Below are positions 17,524 to 26,357 of a DNA stretch of 64,000 nucleotides, piece after piece; positions within the stretch are counted from its first letter, which is position 1; each line of letters opens with the position of its first letter. Location: positions 24,822 through 88,821 of IMG/VR virus record IMGVR_UViG_3300045988_068528, one strand, 5' to 3'. The position numbers and the translations under genes are program-made. The notes beneath the pieces are model-generated. The model made no database searches and had not been told where the DNA came from. It worked only from the letters and a program-made list of their open reading frames with translations. Source of the stretch: a virus.

Positions 17524-19086
17524 ATGGAAAATGGTATTGCTATAGACACTTTACACAGTCAGCTTCTCGACCTCACGAGGGACGGAGAGTACGGTTTCGA
17601 CGGACTCCGGTGCCAGGACTGGGGCAAGGCTAACTCCGAGAAGTTCAACAGCCTGAAGTCTCAGTTCGTCAGGTCGATGAGGATGCTGGCGAAGAAAGCT
17701 CCGGTGAAGTACTACGGAGGTTCGTACTACATGTTCAACGGAAAGATATACGAGGCTGTTCCGAAGGTGGTCCTTGAGCAGGCCTACCAGCTTCTGCTTC
17801 TCGACCTCGCACTTGCTCCTATGCTCGGTCAGAGTACCGTGATGAACAAGTCGTTCATGGAGGTAATAGAGTGCTACAACATACTTAGGCCTTCCTTCGA
17901 CATAGTTGCCTTCTCCAACGGAGTGGTTGACTTCGGAAGCGGATTGCAGAATCCGAACGTGATGCCGTTCTCTCCGGAGTACCATGTCACCTACTACCAT
18001 CCCTATGACTTCAACCCGAAGGCGAAGTGTGACAGGTGGCTGAACTTCATACACGAGGTTCTTCCTGACAGGACATCGAGGATGATCCTACAGATGTTCC
18101 TCGGACTGGGACTGATACAGAGAGGTACGGCGTACAATCCGTACGAGGGAAAGGAGTCGTCGAAGGTTGAACTCTGCCTTCTCCTTATAGGTACGGGAGC
18201 CAACGGAAAGAGTGTCATTTTCGACGTTGCCTGCAACATATTCGGCAAGGATAGGATAAGCAAGATGGACTACGCCGACCTCACTGCCGACGGAGACGAG
18301 GGAATGAGGGGAAGGTATCCTATCAGGAACGCCATCTTCAACTGGTCTTCCGATTCTGATCCGAAGAAGTTCGGAAAGAAGAATACGGGTATGTTCAAGA
18401 GACTCGTGAGCGGCGAGCCTGTCCCGATGAGAAAGCTCGGAAAGGATATCCTTGAGGGAAACTCAATCCCCTACCTCATCTTCAACCTCAACGAGCTTCC
18501 GTTCCCAGATGATGCATCGCTCGGATTCATCAGGCGCTTGCAGTACGTGAGCTTCGACGTGACAATCTCCAAGGAGAGGCAGGACCCGGAGCTTGCCAGC
18601 AAGATCATCCGTGAGGAGCTGAGCGGAGTGTTCAACTGGATATTCCGTGGTGCGATGGAGCTGAGGAAGAGGAAGTACCGGTTCCCTGCGGCTGAGGGAA
18701 GCAGGAGACAGCTGCTCATCTCCCTTCTCGGAAGCAATCCTGTCTATGCCTGGATAAGGGCGTACGGAATGAGGTACAGCCCCGAGGCGAGGGGCGAGAT
18801 TTCGGAGTGGCTCCTTGCGAAAGACCTTTATGAGAGGTTCGTGGAGTTCTGCAAGGCCAACGATGTCGAGGATAGGGAAATCCCTACCATCCAGAAGTTC
18901 GGAAGGGACATGAGCGAGAAGTACCGGTTCTTCAAGAAGAGGTCGCAGGGCGGAATGACCTATCAGGTGTACGGCGCGCAGATGATTGACCTGAAGCAGG
19001 AGCTTCTCATCAATGACGTGAAGAATAAATTGCGTGGTGAGGAGGACATCAAGCAGCCGGAGAGCTTCATTCAGCCTGATGATTAA
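17524..19086 (+). CDS. D5/P4-family primase-helicase-like NTPase (SF3-type)
   Basis: 520-aa ORF with the Walker A motif LLIGTGANGKS and a layout typical of phage/plasmid primase C-terminal (D5-like) proteins. It is the first gene of the rightward module. Confidence 0.75.
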   Translation: MENGIAIDTLHSQLLDLTRDGEYGFDGLRCQDWGKANSEKFNSLKSQFVRSMRMLAKKAPVKYYGGSYYMFNGKIYEAVPKVVLEQAYQLLLLDLALAPMLGQSTVMNKSFMEVIECYNILRPSFDIVAFSNGVVDFGSGLQNPNVMPFSPEYHVTYYHPYDFNPKAKCDRWLNFIHEVLPDRTSRMILQMFLGLGLIQRGTAYNPYEGKESSKVELCLLLIGTGANGKSVIFDVACNIFGKDRISKMDYADLTADGDEGMRGRYPIRNAIFNWSSDSDPKKFGKKNTGMFKRLVSGEPVPMRKLGKDILEGNSIPYLIFNLNELPFPDDASLGFIRRLQYVSFDVTISKERQDPELASKIIREELSGVFNWIFRGAMELRKRKYRFPAAEGSRRQLLISLLGSNPVYAWIRAYGMRYSPEARGEISEWLLAKDLYERFVEFCKANDVEDREIPTIQKFGRDMSEKYRFFKKRSQGGMTYQVYGAQMIDLKQELLINDVKNKLRGEEDIKQPESFIQPDD

Positions 19087-19106
19087 CGGTTATAAAACAG
19101 ATTTCT

Positions 19107-19313
19107 ATGATAGACAAGGAATATATCAAGGAGATTGTCTCCCGTATCACGAAGAAGAAGGCTGACGGGAATATTGTTCCGGCCACCGCTTCGATGAGCG
19201 AGATTATGACTGCTGTACGCGAGGATGCTCTGGAATGCATGAGGACCATGTGCAACGAGAGGGAGATTGCGGTAAACAGGACGTTGAACAGTGTTTCATT
19301 TAAATGTTTGTAG
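19107..19313 (+). CDS. hypothetical protein (68 aa)
   Basis: ORF tightly packed in the operon. Confidence 0.55.
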   Translation: MIDKEYIKEIVSRITKKKADGNIVPATASMSEIMTAVREDALECMRTMCNEREIAVNRTLNSVSFKCL

Positions 19314-19316
19314 CTT

Positions 19317-19718
19317 ATGGGAGAAGAACGTAATTTTGAGTTTTTTATAGGCGACTGTCAGCTTCCTGCTGTTGTTTCGCCAGAGCCAACAATATGGCTG
19401 CTACCTGCGGACTCCAACGAAGAGGAGGTACCTGACTCTATTAAGAAGTATGTAGATAAGGCTGCTGAATCAGGCGATAGGATGTCTTCTTGCAGGTATG
19501 GAAATATCAGTGGTGAGTTCACCCTTGATGTTGAATGCAGTGAAGGCTCAGACGAACTGCTGCTCGAAATCCTCTACGGAGACAGAATCAGGAAAACCAT
19601 TGAACGCCTTAATTATGAATGGCTGAAGAAGATGTGGAAGGCTTCCGATGACGATTTTCGAGTATTCTGGTTTGAACAGATACGCAAAAAGTTTGAGGAG
19701 CACGAGGATCAAAATTGA
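19317..19718 (+). CDS. hypothetical protein (133 aa)
   Basis: ORF with an ATG start. Confidence 0.65.
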   Translation: MGEERNFEFFIGDCQLPAVVSPEPTIWLLPADSNEEEVPDSIKKYVDKAAESGDRMSSCRYGNISGEFTLDVECSEGSDELLLEILYGDRIRKTIERLNYEWLKKMWKASDDDFRVFWFEQIRKKFEEHEDQN

Positions 19719-19732
19719 TTTAGGTGACAGAT

Positions 19733-19951
19733 ATGAGAAGACATCACAATCCGAACAAGATTCCGCCGTTCAAGCCGGACCCGGAGCATTGGACCAGGAA
19801 GGTTCATTCATGGAAGGCGAAGGTCGCCTACGAGACTGAGGATGATGCTTGGGAGTTTCTGAATCAGATTCCGAGGTTGAAGGCACTTGGTTGGCATCCT
19901 TACTTATGCAAGGTTTGCTCAAAGTGGCATATTGGTAGGTTACATAATTAA
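19733..19951 (+). CDS. hypothetical protein with a CxxC motif (72 aa)
   Basis: The first ATG is at 19733. The track start at 19724 is a GTG. Contains LCKVCSKWH. Confidence 0.55.
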   Translation: MRRHHNPNKIPPFKPDPEHWTRKVHSWKAKVAYETEDDAWEFLNQIPRLKALGWHPYLCKVCSKWHIGRLHN

Positions 19952-19956
19952 CGATT

Positions 19957-20343
19957 ATGAAAAAAGAAAATAGACTTAAAATATATCGCAAATACGATGG
20001 TCATTGTGCTTATTGCGGCAAGAGTATAGAGTATAAGGATATGCAGGTTGACCATTTTGTTCCGAAGAATCGAGGTTGTTACTCTCGGTGGAGCGACAAG
20101 GAGGGAAAGTTTGTCGTATCCCATGGCGATGATTGCATGGAGAACTATATGCCATCTTGCAGGTCTTGCAATCTTCGTAAGCGTGATATGAGTTTGGAAC
20201 AATTTCGCTCAGAGATTACAAGACAAGCGAAAGGCCTGCTTAATGGCAAAGCTTCTTTTCAGGTAAAGATGTCGCTAGCTTATGGTTTAATTGAAGAGCA
20301 CTTTGATAGACCTATTGAGTTCTATTTCGAGAAATTTAAATAG
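19957..20343 (+). CDS. HNH endonuclease
   Basis: Contains CAYCG...DHFVPKNRG...N...CRSCNLRK, a classic HNH / zinc-finger arrangement. Confidence 0.85.
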   Translation: MKKENRLKIYRKYDGHCAYCGKSIEYKDMQVDHFVPKNRGCYSRWSDKEGKFVVSHGDDCMENYMPSCRSCNLRKRDMSLEQFRSEITRQAKGLLNGKASFQVKMSLAYGLIEEHFDRPIEFYFEKFK

Positions 20344-20351
20344 TTGAGAAT

Positions 20352-20513
20352 ATGAGCATTCAAGCACAAAACGATTTAATAATAGGTATCGCTTCCAGCA
20401 ACCTATATGAGGGATGCCGTAAAAACGGAATTTCGAAGGAAGTCGTTTCCGATGTTTTAAAAGGAATGATTGAAAATCCTGTTTGCAATACAGAATGTTG
20501 GTTAAATAAATAG
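20352..20513 (+). CDS. small hypothetical protein (53 aa)
   Basis: Hand-translated MSIQAQNDLIIG...ECWLNK. It is bounded by two copies of the TAGTTGAGA(A)TATG junction. Confidence 0.45.
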   Translation: MSIQAQNDLIIGIASSNLYEGCRKNGISKEVVSDVLKGMIENPVCNTECWLNK

Positions 20514-20520
20514 TTGAGAT

Positions 20521-20982
20521 ATGGAGATTAGAGTTAATATTTTAGGAAAGGTTGCTTACAATGGAAATGAAAGTAGGTCGGATTTCGAAAAAGCCGAACT
20601 ATATCCATTTGGAGATGGTGTCTATGCAGTAATGGACGGAGAAAATTTTGTTGAGCTAAGAGTTGTATCTGGCAAAAAGCACAGCGAAGAAAAAGGTGAT
20701 TATTACGAATGCATAGATAGGTGCTGGGCGAACGGGAAAATCTCACAAACTGTAACCGTTATAGAGCACGAAGAAAGGTTGAAGGATTATATAGACAAAC
20801 GTTTCGAGGAGCTACAATTAGCAATCGAAAATACAAAGAGTAGTGCAGATAGCATAAATGATGCAGTATGCACTATAAAGAGTTCTATTGAGAAGATAGA
20901 GAAAGATGGTGTTGGTAGTGGAAAAGGTATCAGCGAAAAAACATTATTGTCTGCTATCGAGATTGTATCAAAACAGAAATAG
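20521..20982 (+). CDS. hypothetical protein (153 aa)
   Basis: ORF with an ATG start. Confidence 0.65.
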   Translation: MEIRVNILGKVAYNGNESRSDFEKAELYPFGDGVYAVMDGENFVELRVVSGKKHSEEKGDYYECIDRCWANGKISQTVTVIEHEERLKDYIDKRFEELQLAIENTKSSADSINDAVCTIKSSIEKIEKDGVGSGKGISEKTLLSAIEIVSKQK

Positions 20983-20990
20983 TTGAGAAT

Positions 20991-21386
20991 ATGAAGAAGA
21001 AAGGATATTACGAATACGAAAACGGAATCTACCCTTTGAAACTTTGGGTACACATCGGTAAAGACTTGAAAGAGCTGATAGATTCATGTTTTGACAAGTG
21101 CAAGGCTCCCGATATTGATTACGGCGGCGTTACGTATTCCGATGCTGTCAGAAAGAGCGACAGAAGGCGCGGCGTTCTTGTATCGTTTCCGTGTCAGAAG
21201 GTTATGTCGATGAACTATTGCTGCCACGAAGCCTCTCACGTCTGCGATGCCATCGAGGAATATACTGACTTGGAACACGGCGGCGAGCCTTCTGCCTACT
21301 TGATGGGTTGGATTGCTTCTTGCATCAACAATGCTCGTTTGGGTATTGGAGATTTTATTGAGATTGAGAATGATGAAACTAATTAG
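20991..21386 (+). CDS. hypothetical protein with an HExxH motif (possible small metallopeptidase)
   Basis: 131-aa ORF containing CCHEASHVCD. No family was assigned. Confidence 0.55.
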   Translation: MKKKGYYEYENGIYPLKLWVHIGKDLKELIDSCFDKCKAPDIDYGGVTYSDAVRKSDRRRGVLVSFPCQKVMSMNYCCHEASHVCDAIEEYTDLEHGGEPSAYLMGWIASCINNARLGIGDFIEIENDETN

Positions 21387-21551
21387 CAAAGAAGAAGTGA
21401 AGAAAAACCATAAGGACATTCTTGGTTTGGATTTGTTGTTTGCGGAGAATTTTCCTCCATATAGTAGATTTTTGGAAAAATGTTTAAATACTTAAAATAC
21501 ATCATGTACGTCGGCATCTGTGGCTACGTGCATACAAAAGGAGAATAGCTT

Positions 21552-21881
21552 ATGATTAAAATAGAAGATATTAAGGTTGGGTCTGTCTTGCAGATTACAA
21601 AGGGTAATTTGATTAAGATTGCAGGCCCGGTGTTTGCTGATAAAATAGATCCATCAGGCTCTATTGATAGGATTCAACATATCAAAGTTATAGATATAGC
21701 TATAACGGATAAAAAATGCGAAATCGTAGCATTCTTTAAACCCGATTTAGCAGCAGCTTGTGTGGATATAGTTGATTTGGCGATGTATTCTATTTTCTCG
21801 GATTTTAAAGAAACACCAATCAAAAAAAAGAATCCGAGAAGAGTGATACCGACCGCTTCAAGGAAATCACAGACAAGATGA
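21552..21881 (+). CDS. hypothetical protein (109 aa)
   Basis: ORF whose stop overlaps the next ATG (ATGA). Confidence 0.6.
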   Translation: MIKIEDIKVGSVLQITKGNLIKIAGPVFADKIDPSGSIDRIQHIKVIDIAITDKKCEIVAFFKPDLAAACVDIVDLAMYSIFSDFKETPIKKKNPRRVIPTASRKSQTR

Positions 21882-22124
21882 GTGATACCTATAAGCGCAA
21901 AAATCACGACTATGGGAATGCTTTTTTCCGAAATGTATGATGAGCTTGGTATCAACTACGGCTACGGAAAGATACGAGAGAAAGTGAATCGTATCAAGAC
22001 GTTGAAGGATAATGAAGCGCAAGTTGCTAATGAGCCATTGGAAGATGCTCTTCTTGACTGCGCTAACTATTGTCTCTTGACATTGATGGAATATCAAAAA
22101 CGTAAGGAACATGGAGCAGACTAA
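21878..22124 (+). pseudogene. DUF1599-like (nucleotide modification associated domain 1) gene split by a frameshift in a T6 run
   Basis: The frame starting at ATG 21878 reads MSDTYKRKNHDYGNAFF and then stops. The next frame continues SEMYDELGINYGYGKIREKVNRIKTL...LLDCANYCLLTL. Deleting one T from the T-run at 21922-21927 joins the two frames. Confidence 0.5.
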
Positions 22125-22380
22125 ATACACTTGTAAGGATTGCGTATTGTTGAATGACGAAGATTCTGAGTTCCCATATTGCTTGGGCAAAGACTTATAT
22201 ACAGACGCAAATCCTGACGATGATGCTTGCGGAGACATTATTCCGCTAGTATATACTTGCAAGGATTGTTTCTTCTTCAAGGATGGGGTTTGTAATAACC
22301 CTAATGAGATTAGGGTTACTTCTGAGGAGAATCCATCTTGCATAGGTTTCGAGTATAAGGAAATAAAAGTTGAACTTTAA
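22111..22380 (+). CDS. Cys-rich hypothetical protein (duplicated YTCKDC motif)
   Basis: 89-aa ORF with an internal repeat. Confidence 0.6.
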   Translation: MEQTKYTCKDCVLLNDEDSEFPYCLGKDLYTDANPDDDACGDIIPLVYTCKDCFFFKDGVCNNPNEIRVTSEENPSCIGFEYKEIKVEL

Positions 22381-22392
22381 AATATTGTTATC

Positions 22393-22947
22393 ATGGCATT
22401 ACCATTTGGAAAGACTATCAAGACAAGACACTTCACCGTGCTGAAGTTCAGCAAGAGCTTGTCTAAGAAAGAAGTTGCTTCACTCAGAGAGGATATTCCT
22501 GCTGAGATCAAGAAGCATTTACAGAGAGGTTCGCTGCCTTTCATTAAGATTGCGAACATTGCCGGCACATGGGGAATCGAATACTCTATCGGTACATCAA
22601 TGTACGCTGCGCTCGATGAATGTGTTCCTGTGGCTGTAGGAGACCATTATGAGTTCTCCAAGGATGATGGAAACATCATCGAGGCATTTGCCCAGCTTAT
22701 GTATGTGGATACATCGTTGCCTGGCGATGCAGAATACACGGCAGGTAAGCTGAAGCTCCGTGACGAGTACCTTACCCGTGAGTCTGCGAGGATGAACGCT
22801 GCTGCCGACAAGGGTAAGACAGAAGAGCAGCTTCGCAAGGAGAGCGATGAGGCCGTACAGGAAGTCATCGACCGAGACAAGCACGCCGAGACTATTCTTG
22901 AGATGGCAGAACAGATTAAGAAGGAAGGAGGCAAGGATGAGCGATAA
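22393..22947 (+). CDS. hypothetical protein (184 aa)
   Basis: ORF with an ATG start. Confidence 0.7.
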   Translation: MALPFGKTIKTRHFTVLKFSKSLSKKEVASLREDIPAEIKKHLQRGSLPFIKIANIAGTWGIEYSIGTSMYAALDECVPVAVGDHYEFSKDDGNIIEAFAQLMYVDTSLPGDAEYTAGKLKLRDEYLTRESARMNAAADKGKTEEQLRKESDEAVQEVIDRDKHAETILEMAEQIKKEGGKDER

Positions 22948-23125
22948 ATTGCTTGAGGTCGTTCAAGACCATACTTCCCTGGTACAGGCGCTCCAGTTTA
23001 TTTTGGAGGCCGCAGAGACGAAGAAACTGCCATCATACGGCGTTCTTCCTACGTTTAATGACGATATGCTTGAAGATCAGGTGCAAATTGCACTTGAACT
23101 CATCACCGGAGAGAAGTATCCCTGA
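22937..23125 (+). CDS. hypothetical protein (62 aa)
   Basis: The start MSDKLLEV overlaps the end of the upstream gene. Confidence 0.5.
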   Translation: MSDKLLEVVQDHTSLVQALQFILEAAETKKLPSYGVLPTFNDDMLEDQVQIALELITGEKYP

Positions 23126-23165
23126 TTGAGTTTATATTTTTCTTCTACTTTCATAATATAAAAGT

Positions 23166-23197
23166 GAGGGGTGGTATCTGTGAAGACACCACCCCTC
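23166..23197. terminator. hairpin in the convergent gap
   Basis: Perfect 10-bp stem GAGGGGTGGT / ACCACCCCTC between the ends of the rightward and leftward units. The flanking T-runs are weak. Confidence 0.4.
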
Positions 23198-23316
23198 GTA
23201 ACCAATTAAACAGAATTACGAACAGCAGAACGAATCTGTGAACGTATATCTGTCTGCAAAGGTACTTGGTTTTGCAGAAATTCTAGTAAAACAAAGTTAC
23301 TTTAACACGAATTTAA

Positions 23317-23865
23317 CTATTTCTTCTTCTTTTGGAATGTCGCCTGACCATTTTTGAAGATAATGCAGTCCTCACAGCATCGTGGCATAGACAGAGGAAT
23401 GTAGTAATGGACCACATTGTTTTCTGTATCAATCTCGTCCTGCTTAATCTTAGAATAGTCTGCTATCATGGCTGTCGTCTTTTGCCACTCTGGAGAGCCG
23501 AATTTCTGCTTTCGCTGAGCTATAACGAGGTTTCTCAGAATCTCTTCCTTTGAGGTAGCCTTAATAAGCTCCTCCTGTGTAAGTTCGTCGCTATTCTCGT
23601 TCTTCGCTTTCTTTCCCTGCACCTCTGCGATTCTCTTCTGAACGGACTCCTGAGCTTCGAGCTTGTTCATCTCGTTTTCGAGGAATGATTTCTCCCACAC
23701 ACCTATTCCTTCTCCTTGGAATGCAATGGCCCAGCTGTCACGAACAGACATACCCGAACCACGGAGGCTGGCGTAGATGTAATAGCGAGGGTCTTTCATC
23801 TTGAGAGCCTTCGCCTTCTTGTACGTATCGACGGATAACGTGTATCCTTTTGTTTCTTCAATCAT
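23317..23865 (-). CDS. hypothetical protein of the packaging/head module (182 aa)
   Basis: ORF just downstream of the MuF-like gene. An alternative ATG lies at 23898. Confidence 0.6.
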   Translation of the reverse strand: MIEETKGYTLSVDTYKKAKALKMKDPRYYIYASLRGSGMSVRDSWAIAFQGEGIGVWEKSFLENEMNKLEAQESVQKRIAEVQGKKAKNENSDELTQEELIKATSKEEILRNLVIAQRKQKFGSPEWQKTTAMIADYSKIKQDEIDTENNVVHYYIPLSMPRCCEDCIIFKNGQATFQKKKK

Positions 23866-23869
23866 AGTC

Positions 23870-24646
23870 TTATTTCTTTTTATTATTCTTGAACGCAAAT
23901 ATTGTTACACATTGACAATTAGGGTGATACGGAGGGTATGGGTCTTTGAAAGAATGAAGGCCTGCGTCAGCTTCGCTTTGGCAAAGCTCGCAGTAATAGC
24001 TACTTCCTCTCTTGACGTAGAACCCGATAGCTTTGTTCTCCTGCCCATACTCTTGCTCTGCCTGTCCCCACGCCAAAGCAATCACCTGAGAAGCATTTCT
24101 TACGATGTTCTGATAGGCGTTCTTGTAGTAGCCTTTTCCGTAAGAAGGAACATCGATGTTGATATCCTTTCTCTTCGCTTTGGTGATGACTGATGTGTGA
24201 TATGGGTCCTTGTAGCCGGTTCGGATGGAAGATAGGAGCTGCTGGTCAGAATATCCCATCAAGGTTCCTGCCTTGATCATCCTCACAATATCTTCCGCAA
24301 AGTTTCCGAGATAGACAGCGTTTCTTTCGGATGTCGTCTTTCCGTAGATGTCGCTGACGAGAAATGATTCTATGTTATCGCTGTCAATCCCGAGAATCTT
24401 GCATGAAGCCTTGGAGTAGGCAGAGATATAGCTGTTGATGCTCTCCTCAGCCTCAGCGGTAACATTCTTGGCGTAAGAGAGCAGGGCTGACTCGTTTTCG
24501 AGCCTGCCCGCACCTCTGTATCGCTTACTTGCGGTAATTACCTTCTGCGTCGATTTCCAGAGAATATCTGCAATATGATCCTCGCAGTTTCGGATTGCCT
24601 GTAAGCGCTTCCTGCTGTAATCGACAGAACGTTTTAACTCATCCAT
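23870..24646 (-). CDS. head morphogenesis / minor capsid protein (Mu F / SPP1 gp7-like)
   Basis: The C-terminus reads YPPYHPNCQCV, resembling the HPNCRC signature of that family. The gene sits directly after the portal. Confidence 0.75.
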   Translation of the reverse strand: MDELKRSVDYSRKRLQAIRNCEDHIADILWKSTQKVITASKRYRGAGRLENESALLSYAKNVTAEAEESINSYISAYSKASCKILGIDSDNIESFLVSDIYGKTTSERNAVYLGNFAEDIVRMIKAGTLMGYSDQQLLSSIRTGYKDPYHTSVITKAKRKDINIDVPSYGKGYYKNAYQNIVRNASQVIALAWGQAEQEYGQENKAIGFYVKRGSSYYCELCQSEADAGLHSFKDPYPPYHPNCQCVTIFAFKNNKKK

Positions 24647-24650
24647 AGGC

Positions 24651-26357
24651 TTACTCCTTTATGGTCTTCCAGTTGTTACGGCCCGGCCAGTTGCCGTTCT
24701 CATCCCAGTCTGTCCCGCTTTTGTTCGGTCTGCCAGCGCCACGACCAGTACGTACGTTTCCGCTGCCTCCATTCTGAATCTTCGCCGTTGCCTTCTGCTC
24801 CTCGATAGCATTCTGGGTTTCGTTATCCGCACGTTGCATATCCATGAGGAGGTCTTGCTGGTCTTCCTCCTTCTTCTCACGCATGATACGCTCATACTCG
24901 GCAGTCTTAGGGAAGTCAGGGCAGCGTTCTGAAGCCGTCTGCTTAGAGAGGAATCCGTTCTGAACCGCAGTGGCAATATTTGTAATTTGTTCTGTTTTAT
25001 TACTATGAACATACGGACTTATCCATGCGTTGATTGGAAGCCCAGACATTGTAGCGACGCAGTTTTCATCAGTACCGATGCCGAACTGACAGATGCGGAG
25101 AATCTTATCCAGGAATGGCTGTAACTCCTGTGCATCATTCATTGCAACCTCCAGTGCAGGAGAATAGAGAAGCTTGATGGCTACACCTGGGAGGTCACCG
25201 GACTTCAACTCAGGCGGCTTCACGGTGAACGACAGCTCATAGATGAGGTCATACGACTTGTTGAGCTGTGTAGCGAAGGCATCAGAGGCATCCGTGCCAT
25301 TCAAGAATTCAGCTTTGCCGTTAGTGTCCGTAATCATAATTGTCTTCGCAGAGCCGGTCATATCGTCGCCGGTTATAGAAATATCCTCACCATCGCCAGT
25401 GAGCGTAAGGATTGGGAAAGCGTACGCCTTGTTGTTCTCGCAGAGATATGAGAATGCTTCCTCATAGTCCTCGATGTTCTTCTGAACCATAAACCAGCAA
25501 GGTCCGTCGTTACGTGCGTAGGCTACCGGCACGAACTGGAAGCCGTGGTCCTTCTCTTCGATGAGGGTGTAGTCATCAATTCCGAAAATCCTTGCAATCT
25601 TCGTCATTACCTCTTTCACCTTTCCTGACTTGACAGCCTTCTTGAAGCGGTAGAACTTCCGGTTATCCCAAGCCTCGACATATTCGGTCTTCTCGTTGCC
25701 CTCATCGTCGTAGTCGTAGTACTTCCTGGCAAAGCACAAAAGGTCGCCAGTGAGTGAATCGACGTGTGGGTACAGGATATCTCCACGATCATAAGAGAGT
25801 GTTCGTGTGCAGAATTTCTTCTTTTCATCGAAGAAACCGACGATTGCACATTCTGCAACCTTCAGATATGCACTTACAGCTTCAAAGAAGCGAATCTCCA
25901 TATCGTGCATAAGCCAGCCCTTCTTGAATACATCGAGGGTCTTCTGATTCTCCTCTACCTTCTTCTCGTTCTCGTAGTCATCACCATCAGCAAGCTCGAA
26001 CTGAACATCGTTGCCAGTCAAGTGCAGCAGATGCTTCGTGTGGATGAGCTGCTGGAATGCAAAGGCTGTGCGCTGAATCTTCTGGCAGTACCACCTGTTA
26101 TTCTCAGGGTTCAACTTCCAGATGTCCGGGTATTCCTTCTCATCCATAATCCTATGGGCAGATGGGTAATACTCACGCAGGAAGTCTGCCTGCGTCTTGA
26201 TGCGGCGATACATGGTGTCGTCTGGCATCGTTCCGTCGTAATAGTCAGGAACAACGTCGCTTACAGCTGAGTGCTTCATGTACCCCGCAGGAGTAAGCTC
26301 GTAGAATGGTTTCCTTACGAGCAGCTCCCTTACATTATTTACCTTGATAGCCTCCAT
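24651..26357 (-). CDS. portal protein
   Basis: 568-aa ORF immediately downstream of, and overlapping, the large terminase. Size and position are typical of a portal. Confidence 0.7.
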   Translation of the reverse strand: MEAIKVNNVRELLVRKPFYELTPAGYMKHSAVSDVVPDYYDGTMPDDTMYRRIKTQADFLREYYPSAHRIMDEKEYPDIWKLNPENNRWYCQKIQRTAFAFQQLIHTKHLLHLTGNDVQFELADGDDYENEKKVEENQKTLDVFKKGWLMHDMEIRFFEAVSAYLKVAECAIVGFFDEKKKFCTRTLSYDRGDILYPHVDSLTGDLLCFARKYYDYDDEGNEKTEYVEAWDNRKFYRFKKAVKSGKVKEVMTKIARIFGIDDYTLIEEKDHGFQFVPVAYARNDGPCWFMVQKNIEDYEEAFSYLCENNKAYAFPILTLTGDGEDISITGDDMTGSAKTIMITDTNGKAEFLNGTDASDAFATQLNKSYDLIYELSFTVKPPELKSGDLPGVAIKLLYSPALEVAMNDAQELQPFLDKILRICQFGIGTDENCVATMSGLPINAWISPYVHSNKTEQITNIATAVQNGFLSKQTASERCPDFPKTAEYERIMREKKEEDQQDLLMDMQRADNETQNAIEEQKATAKIQNGGSGNVRTGRGAGRPNKSGTDWDENGNWPGRNNWKTIKE

